A DNA stretch of 64,000 bases, taken from IMG/VR virus record IMGVR_UViG_3300017770_000003. One strand, given 5' to 3'. A model generated the notes under the pieces. That model was given only the letters and a program-made list of their open reading frames with translations, had not been told where the DNA came from and searched no databases. The position numbers and the translations under genes were made by a program. Source of the DNA: a virus. This document shows positions 57,635 through 64,000 of this stretch, in pieces (the stretch's first letter is position 1; the number at the start of each line of letters is the position of its first letter).

Positions 57635-58782
57635 TACCTAGTTACTTTAAAATAGTAATTATCATCATATATGGCAATACCATCATTGTTATCATGCCTT
57701 ATAAGGATTTTATAATATCTTTCGGGTTGTAATCCGTTCATATATATTTTAAAATACATACCTTCAGAATCTGCGCTTAATTTTGTATAGTTAGTATCAA
57801 AGGGTATAATTACTTCCTTAGAAGAGTAATCTTCTATACTATAATAAGAAGATGTAGTTAGGTAATTAATATCTAAGTAATTTGAAGATGTAGTAAAAGT
57901 TCTTGTAGGATATTGTTTTCTAGAACTAATTCTAAATGTTTTTTCTTCACTTTGTTTGTATTCTTTCCTATTATTATTAATGTTTATTTGTAATTTACCA
58001 CTATTTAATATTGTAGCCCCACTACTTGTTACATAACTTGAATCATCCCATTTAATAGCTAAAGCAGGTGAAAAAATAGTATTAGTATCTAATGAAAAGT
58101 ATTTTAAAGTACCTTGATCTGTAGAATTATTAAATATGTCGTTTTCTTTTTTTATAATATACCCGTTATTAGGAATTCCATTAGGGTAATTTGACGATAG
58201 GTGAGATGATGAATAATGTTTTAGTACAGTATCTGTTATATTAACATTTATATCAAAATCATTTACTAAATTAAATGTTTGATTATATTCAAATCCACTT
58301 CCTGTATACCATACACCTCCTCCTTTATCACTACCACTAAAACTACCTGTAGTTCCAGTATTAAAAGATGAAGTAGTCCAAGAGGTTTTATCTGTACCAT
58401 TGTCACTATATAACCAAGAACACCCATTGCTAGTTATATTATTAAAGTTAGGATTTTCATTATATCTGTTAGTGCCATTAGTCCATGATTGGGAAATAGC
58501 ATATATTTCTAATGTTTGGGTTTGGGGTATATTTTTGCTAAATTCAGTAGAAAATATTTTTAAATCTGCTGAAATTGATCCGTTAGTTTTATTATTAATA
58601 ATATCATTTATTTCAGAATCTTTAAATTGGACTAAAAATCTTGAAGGATAATATAGATTATTAGTAATCCCCTTTTCAGAAGTTAATTCTAAATTTTCTA
58701 CAATACCTGTATTAAGGTCTTGTCTATTAGGATGTGAATATATTGTTGTATCCTTTTCAGGAAATAAAAAATAATATGCCAT
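57634..58782 (-). CDS. Virion structural protein (382 aa), DNRLRE/CBM96-like beta-sandwich plus Ig-like C-terminus
   Basis: KDTTIYS...N.G..E.LE...SRFLVQF...W..G..R...GCSW pattern. Confidence 0.55.
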   Translation of the reverse strand: MAYYFLFPEKDTTIYSHPNRQDLNTGIVENLELTSEKGITNNLYYPSRFLVQFKDSEINDIINNKTNGSISADLKIFSTEFSKNIPQTQTLEIYAISQSWTNGTNRYNENPNFNNITSNGCSWLYSDNGTDKTSWTTSSFNTGTTGSFSGSDKGGGVWYTGSGFEYNQTFNLVNDFDINVNITDTVLKHYSSSHLSSNYPNGIPNNGYIIKKENDIFNNSTDQGTLKYFSLDTNTIFSPALAIKWDDSSYVTSSGATILNSGKLQININNNRKEYKQSEEKTFRISSRKQYPTRTFTTSSNYLDINYLTTSSYYSIEDYSSKEVIIPFDTNYTKLSADSEGMYFKIYMNGLQPERYYKILIRHDNNDGIAIYDDNYYFKVTR

Positions 58783-58784
58783 AA

Positions 58785-60674
58785 TTAATAATTAGTTACT
58801 CTACCTTTTATATCAGAGTTAGGATATTTTAATTCAAAAATACTAGTATCAAGAGAGGGATATATAACATTATTTATAGTTGCTGAATCAAAGTCATATG
58901 AATACGGTGAATATCCTAAGGATATTCCTGCTTTATTATTAATACTAACATATTCTACGTTTTGAACACCAGGTACTTTACCTATAACGTTATATACCTC
59001 ATTAATAATAATAGGCTGATTAATTTGCCAGTTATCTATGTCAAAATAATTTTTAAGTGATTGTATACACTCTAAAATTACTTTATTATTATTAAAATCT
59101 TTAAAAGCAGTTATTTCAAAATCAACATTAAAATTAATTATAGCTGCATCCTTAATATTAATAGAATCTGTTAACATTCTATATTGTTCCAGATATGTTA
59201 TTAAATTTTGTCTAGTAGCGGCATTAATAGTAGTAAGTTGTTTATTTTTATTTAATCCTAGCACAAATAAATTTAAACCATTAGGATTTTCTATACGGGC
59301 AGATGAATCAGCAGTAATTTGATCATCTTTAATAACATACGCCTTAGATATACTACCTAATCTTTGGGGCATACTTAAAGTTCTTATAATATAATCTTCT
59401 TTAGATACGGTTCTTAATTGGGCTGCCATATTAGCAGCAGCATTTAGTCTTATATCTTCTAAAGAATCACCAGGCCCACCCCCAGTAGCAGGGATAGGGT
59501 TATTAACTGCTATTGAACTTACTACATCATCTAATGTAGATTGGGTTAAATTTCCTTGATTAGAACTAGTATTAACTACACCTTTTCGAGTTATAATACC
59601 AGTGTCTATGTTAGATGAAATTCCACCACCTATTAAATAGGTTATGGTTAAGGTTGTGTTAGAAGGAGGCTCACCATAGGCTTTAGTATAAAGAAAATTA
59701 GAAGGATCATATGCAAAATCTATTAAAGATCTTCCATCTCTAACTCCTAAACCAATATTATCTGGGTTAGGAACTATTTCTTCATCAGCGTTTCCACTGA
59801 TACCAGCACCAAATTGAATTTGTAATATATTGTTAGAAGTATATCTAGTTACAAATCTTTTAGGTACTTTTTTTAACCTTAATAGATAAGGAGTATCATT
59901 ACCATATTGTTTTAAGTTAGGATTATTAGCTTCAATATTAGGTACCTGTTCGAATATGGTTTCTTGTGCTAAATAAGGAACCTCAGTCCAATTATTACCA
60001 TCACTATCAACTATGGATTCTATACCTATAATATTAGTGTCATTTAATTCTAAGGTTAGGAATCTTTGTGCATTACCTATTTCAAAAGATTTGGTTTTTA
60101 ATTCAGCCGAAATAGCTTTTACGGTTTTTTTAAGAAGATAATATTCTGGATTACTACCATTTAACTGGTGAATTGTAACTGAGGTGGGTGATAAAGAAGA
60201 ACTAGTTTGAAAATTTACATCACCTTCTATTAAAAATGATGTACCATTCCCCCCTGCAGTAGTTAAAAAAGATGAATTTTTATTAATAGTTATAGCATAG
60301 TCATAATCTGGGGCATAAGGGGAATTACCCTTAGCAGGAATTTCTATAAATAAATCTAATTCAGTAGTAGAAGGGGATGATATATTAGGTTTATATCCTA
60401 AAGTATATGCTAATGCTAAAAGGTTAGTTTTTTCCTGAGCAGTTTCTATAAAGGTTTCCTGAATTTGAGTATCAGTATAAAAGGATAATACATCGCCCAC
60501 GTAAGCTGCTAATTCTAAGAATATCATACCCGGGTTACTTTCCGAAAAATCATTAAATTGATCAGGAAAATAATTTTTACTAAACTCAATTAAATTTTGT
60601 TTTAATTGGTTATAATTTTTATTAAGATATTTTATATCTTTTTGTGGGGTATTATTTATTTTAGAATAAGCCAT
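58785..60674 (-). CDS. gp6: Baseplate wedge protein (T4 gp6/baseplate J-like), 629 aa
   Basis: DFSESNPGMIFLELAAYVGDVLSFYTD, A..LGYKP, QFGAG, GG....SLEDIR......QLR.V.KEDY. Confidence 0.9.
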   Translation of the reverse strand: MAYSKINNTPQKDIKYLNKNYNQLKQNLIEFSKNYFPDQFNDFSESNPGMIFLELAAYVGDVLSFYTDTQIQETFIETAQEKTNLLALAYTLGYKPNISSPSTTELDLFIEIPAKGNSPYAPDYDYAITINKNSSFLTTAGGNGTSFLIEGDVNFQTSSSLSPTSVTIHQLNGSNPEYYLLKKTVKAISAELKTKSFEIGNAQRFLTLELNDTNIIGIESIVDSDGNNWTEVPYLAQETIFEQVPNIEANNPNLKQYGNDTPYLLRLKKVPKRFVTRYTSNNILQIQFGAGISGNADEEIVPNPDNIGLGVRDGRSLIDFAYDPSNFLYTKAYGEPPSNTTLTITYLIGGGISSNIDTGIITRKGVVNTSSNQGNLTQSTLDDVVSSIAVNNPIPATGGGPGDSLEDIRLNAAANMAAQLRTVSKEDYIIRTLSMPQRLGSISKAYVIKDDQITADSSARIENPNGLNLFVLGLNKNKQLTTINAATRQNLITYLEQYRMLTDSINIKDAAIINFNVDFEITAFKDFNNNKVILECIQSLKNYFDIDNWQINQPIIINEVYNVIGKVPGVQNVEYVSINNKAGISLGYSPYSYDFDSATINNVIYPSLDTSIFELKYPNSDIKGRVTNY

Positions 60675-61096
60675 TATAATTGTAGGGATATTTGATTAGT
60701 ATCATTATCTAATAATATGGTATAACTTAAGTTAATTAATAAATTATTATTATCTTTAATAGGTGATACTTTTAGATTATTTAATCTTATTTGGGGTATA
60801 TGTACCCCAATTTTTTGGTTAATATATTGTTTAAGCCTAGAAATTTTACTATTAAAATCATCAGTACTTTGTTCAAATAAATAATCTCTTAATCCTACAC
60901 CATAAGTAGGTTCATGAAAACGTTCCCCGGGAGATGTTAAAAGTAAGTTAATTAAATTAGATTTAATTTGATCTTTAGTAGTATAATTAAAATCAAAAAT
61001 ATTTTTTTTATTAAATGGAACTTTTACCCCTAAAGCCTTACGTGTATTAAGGTCTAGGGGATCTATTCTATATCCTGTTTTTTTAATAATAGCCAT
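60674..61096 (-). CDS. gp25: Baseplate wedge subunit (gp25-like), 140 aa
   Basis: QIKSNLINLLLT.PGERF..P.YG..L..YLFE. Confidence 0.9.
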   Translation of the reverse strand: MAIIKKTGYRIDPLDLNTRKALGVKVPFNKKNIFDFNYTTKDQIKSNLINLLLTSPGERFHEPTYGVGLRDYLFEQSTDDFNSKISRLKQYINQKIGVHIPQIRLNNLKVSPIKDNNNLLINLSYTILLDNDTNQISLQL

Positions 61097-61449
61097 TAGG
61101 GTCTATAGTCTTTTTTCTTTTCTATCGCGTCCATAACGGGTCTGTAATCTTTATTTATAAATTGAGTTACAGGATCATTAGCAGCCATTTTATCTTCCCA
61201 AGAAGGGGTAGTTGCAGTTTCTTGGAGTAAAGAGTCTAAAGTATTATCTCCTGTGTTAAAATTAGGAGGAGGAGCTACCTGTTCTCTTAATTTGTTTCTA
61301 AATTCTTCTACATTTCCCCTATTATTAATAGGTTTAGTAGGGGAAGATAAAAGTTCTTCTTTTAAAAAGGAAATTTCTCTACGTAAAGCAGAATCTATCT
61401 CTTCACGCACAACTGTTCTAATAAATTTTTCAAATTGTTTAGCTTTCAT
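61096..61449 (-). CDS. Conserved hypothetical protein (117 aa)
   Basis: Late motif upstream; TAATG-coupled to the gp25-like gene. Confidence 0.75.
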   Translation of the reverse strand: MKAKQFEKFIRTVVREEIDSALRREISFLKEELLSSPTKPINNRGNVEEFRNKLREQVAPPPNFNTGDNTLDSLLQETATTPSWEDKMAANDPVTQFINKDYRPVMDAIEKKKDYRP

Positions 61450-61473
61450 AATTATTAGTTTTTAATAAATATA

Positions 61474-62319
61474 TTAATTTTTAGTTATTTGATATCCAGT
61501 GTTACCATTTTCACGAAGATATTCAATAAATTTAGGTTTTGAAGATATTTCTAAATTATCTATTACTCTTTCTATATCAAAATTAGAAATAATATTAAAA
61601 GTAGGTGTACCATCAGAAGTAACAACAAGATTAGGATCATTATTTACATTAGATTGAGCTAATACTTGAAGAAGTAAAAGATCAATATCTCTACACCTTG
61701 CGGCCAAAATTACACCTAATTCTGATAATTTATTAGATACTGGTATTAAAATTTCATCTACTTCTTCAGCTACTACTATCAAAGGACCAGCAACACTATT
61801 AAATACTTTTTGTAGTGCTAATATTTCTTCTAATTTGGCTAATACCCTATCAATAATTTCTTTTTGTTTTATTATAAGAGCACCTGAAACATTACCCCCG
61901 GCAACCGGAACTGATACTTGTAAAGCTATAATTCCTCTAGCTAACCTTACGATATTTCTAATAAAAGGGACTGTTTGGGATAATGTATTTATAAGTGAGT
62001 ATAGGTTATTTAATCTAGTTCTAATTAGGTTAGTTGTATTTAATATATTTTGAACATCCCCTTGGTATTTAAATAGTTGTGATTCTAACTTATGACAGTC
62101 CCTTTTAATTTTTATAAATTTATTTTGGAGACTTAAAAGTTCAGCTTCGGTTTCAATGGTTGAAGATAATATAGCACCAACAACCCCCATTCTAGGGATA
62201 TTTGTAGTAATTTGTCCATCAACAAAAGGTACTATTTCTGAAAAATAATAAGTTTTATTTCTAATCTCATTAGTTTTTCTAACCATAGACGATATAGTAG
62301 TTTTAAATGATTCAGTCAT
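61474..62319 (-). CDS. Helical/coiled-coil baseplate-region protein (281 aa)
   Basis: ATGA-coupled; amphipathic helices with hydrophobic stretches. Confidence 0.75.
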   Translation of the reverse strand: MTESFKTTISSMVRKTNEIRNKTYYFSEIVPFVDGQITTNIPRMGVVGAILSSTIETEAELLSLQNKFIKIKRDCHKLESQLFKYQGDVQNILNTTNLIRTRLNNLYSLINTLSQTVPFIRNIVRLARGIIALQVSVPVAGGNVSGALIIKQKEIIDRVLAKLEEILALQKVFNSVAGPLIVVAEEVDEILIPVSNKLSELGVILAARCRDIDLLLLQVLAQSNVNNDPNLVVTSDGTPTFNIISNFDIERVIDNLEISSKPKFIEYLRENGNTGYQITKN

Positions 62320-62777
62320 TTTATGTAAACATTATTACTTTTAATTGTCTTAATCCGTGCCTTTAAAGTATTTAATTCACTTATAAGAGGTGATATTAAT
62401 GCCGGGTTTGAAGGGCTGGGAACTGTTGGTGCCCCAGGTACAGTAGTTAACCCATTTAACAATGGTAAAACTGCTGTGTATAGAGTATTAAGGTGGTTTA
62501 ATAACCCTTCTAGTAAATCTTCTAATTCTTTGCCCTTTACTGCAGGGTTATTAGCTAATCCAGGATTACTGTCTTTTATAATACCTAAATGAATTTTAGC
62601 ACTGTTTACTGCAAATTTACCATTATTAAGATCATCAGTATTAAAATGAAAATCCTTATTAGTACTAAAAACTACATGACCATTAGAAGTAAGCAAGGAA
62701 TCCTCCCTACTATTAAATAATAACCTATCTGAAGTAATTATTACTTGTTTTCCTTGATATTGATTAGGAGATACCAT
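62316..62777 (-). CDS. Baseplate spike C-terminal part (153 aa; probable start MVSPNQY)
   Basis: QVIITSDRLLFNS...IHLG...NPAVKG.EL..LL spike-like beta repeats; TAATG overlap at 62777. Confidence 0.6.
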   Translation of the reverse strand: MVSPNQYQGKQVIITSDRLLFNSREDSLLTSNGHVVFSTNKDFHFNTDDLNNGKFAVNSAKIHLGIIKDSNPGLANNPAVKGKELEDLLEGLLNHLNTLYTAVLPLLNGLTTVPGAPTVPSPSNPALISPLISELNTLKARIKTIKSNNVYIK

Positions 62778-64000
62778 TATACTATATTCCAATTAGGTTC
62801 ATTAGGTCCAAATACATCGTTCCAATTATTCTTATCACTACCATAAGTATATGGTAATACAGCTGTTGGACCATTTTTAGCCTGACTTGGGGAATACTTA
62901 AAATGCCAAGATTCAGATGCTACAACTCTTATAAATCCATATTTCCATCCATTAAAACATAACCAATCAAATTTAGAATTATTCCCACCACCTGTTTGAA
63001 AATCTATTGCGGTAGAAGCTCCATGACCTGAGGTATACGAGGGTGCTGTTAAAGGAGAGAAGTGTGTTTTTTGAGGACTTAACGTATAAGTATCCCCTAT
63101 ATTATATGATATGTCATTAAGAGTAAAGGGAGATGTGACTGTTGTTCTATATAACCATGGTTCAGCTAATTTTCCTTTAAATTTATTTTTTAAATTTTGT
63201 ACTCTCAAATCTTTTTGGCTTGTACCTACAATTTTCCCATCTTTATCTATTATATTATTAATAGGAGGTCTAAATCCACTATTAACTGTAAGAGTAACCC
63301 CCTCTGTTTCAGCGGCTAATAACATTTCCATAAGGGGATTAATAAGTAAATCAGTAACAAATCTAAGACCATTTCTTTGGGTAAATCTTTGAGGTATAGC
63401 ATATACTTCTCTTAATCCCCTAGAATTATCTTCATATAATCCCGGGTATTTAGTTAATTCTTCTGGACCTGTATATTCTTCAGGAGAACCAATATCGTCT
63501 CTATCATTGGATTGGTCATCGGGTCCTGTTTCGTTTTCAATAGAAGTTTCATTATACCCAATACTGTTAGTATTAGGGATTTCGCTTAACCCATATGATT
63601 TAATAGTATTATTTGCGCTTTCTAATTCATTAAAATTAGCATTTAGACTTTTAAAATTATTGGTAGATAAAGAAATATTAGATATATTTTGATTTGAGGT
63701 TAGATATATTGAACTTGCATCATTATTTATATCTTCTACAATTATATCGCCATTATTAGTTTGACCATTAGATATAATAGTAATGGGTTCTCCTTCGCTA
63801 TCATTTTCAGACCAAGCATTTTTTCCACGAGGATTAGATGACCCAAATCTAATACTATTACCAAATCGGCCTTCTAAAATCATATCTCCCTCAAAAGGAA
63901 CCATATTTTTTGTATTAGATACTTTATCTTCGTTTATATATTGTCCTAAATCAATTTGTGTTTCTTCCTGCTGGATATTAATATTATTAATACTATTAAT
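62777..64000 (-). CDS. Baseplate hub/spike N-terminal part fused to a Peptidase M15 (VanY-like) domain; 5' end lies beyond the window
   Basis: Frame is open to the edge; PFEGD..LEGRFGNSIRFGS; NSGFRP, SGHGASTAIDF and ESWHF Zn motifs. Confidence 0.8.
   Translation of the reverse strand: MNSINNINIQQEETQIDLGQYINEDKVSNTKNMVPFEGDMILEGRFGNSIRFGSSNPRGKNAWSENDSEGEPITIISNGQTNNGDIIVEDINNDASSIYLTSNQNISNISLSTNNFKSLNANFNELESANNTIKSYGLSEIPNTNSIGYNETSIENETGPDDQSNDRDDIGSPEEYTGPEELTKYPGLYEDNSRGLREVYAIPQRFTQRNGLRFVTDLLINPLMEMLLAAETEGVTLTVNSGFRPPINNIIDKDGKIVGTSQKDLRVQNLKNKFKGKLAEPWLYRTTVTSPFTLNDISYNIGDTYTLSPQKTHFSPLTAPSYTSGHGASTAIDFQTGGGNNSKFDWLCFNGWKYGFIRVVASESWHFKYSPSQAKNGPTAVLPYTYGSDKNNWNDVFGPNEPNWNIV

Larger units (their letters stand above)
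3437..61472 (-). promoter_or_regulatory. Recurrent intergenic motif ATAT[G/T]TAT[A/T] (putative late promoter), about 19 copies
   Basis: Copies at 3437, 4536, 9846, 10117, 14081, 17467, 20896, 21616, 24604, 26707, 26727, 28629, 30235, 32164, 39684 (weak), 40050, 43574, 51511 and 61464; all upstream of minus-strand starts. Confidence 0.7.

Noticed and set aside
20922-62792. Longest-ORF starts at 21614, 32146, 44533 and 62792
   Set aside because: The downstream ATGs (21587, 32137, 44506, 62777) fit promoter spacing or TAATG coupling better.
148-63692. Dozens of plus-strand ORFs in the track (for example 1156..2043, 5110..6042, 16386..16796)
   Set aside because: They are antisense shadows of Ser/Thr/Gly-rich minus-strand genes in the mirror frame, with no start context or protein motifs. 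Only 24668..24904 has independent support.
1-64000. Stop-codon reassignment, as in some large phages
   Set aside because: Core genes are full length under the standard code, with no fragmentation at TAG or TGA.

Overview
This window is a 64-kb segment of a large, AT-rich, T4-like myovirus genome. Coding density is very high, the standard genetic code fits, and every convincing gene but one is on the minus strand. In transcription order (right to left) it contains: a baseplate/spike module (spike split into two cistrons around an M15 peptidase, gp25-like, gp6-like wedge, LamG and tail-collar-like proteins); a GIY-YIG-like gene and DNA primase; a ~13-kb cluster of mosaic, charged proteins that look like capsid-internal cargo, interrupted by a five-gene operon under a host-type promoter (FAD oxidoreductase, P-loop kinase, two membrane coiled-coil proteins); the head module (terminase, portal, prohead protease, scaffold, major capsid); PhoH; neck/tail-completion genes; and ~17 kb of tail-fibre-like genes. 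A Bacteroidota (Flavobacteria-like) host is inferred from the absence of Shine-Dalgarno sites and from TTTG-N19/20-TAnnTTTG-like promoters. An ATAT[G/T]TAT[A/T] motif precedes about 18 late genes. Best leads: (1) cargo polyproteins whose modules are separated by prohead-protease-type (hydrophobic)-x-E sites, including one with a HIGH nucleotidyltransferase, an HExxH peptidase and an RNA-ligase-like domain; (2) an apparent plug-and-socket code linking fibre genes; (3) two structured RNA leaders; (4) a single antisense membrane-protein gene inside the head operon. No tRNA, rRNA, CRISPR array, integrase or reverse transcriptase was seen. All family assignments come from reading motifs by eye, not from database searches.
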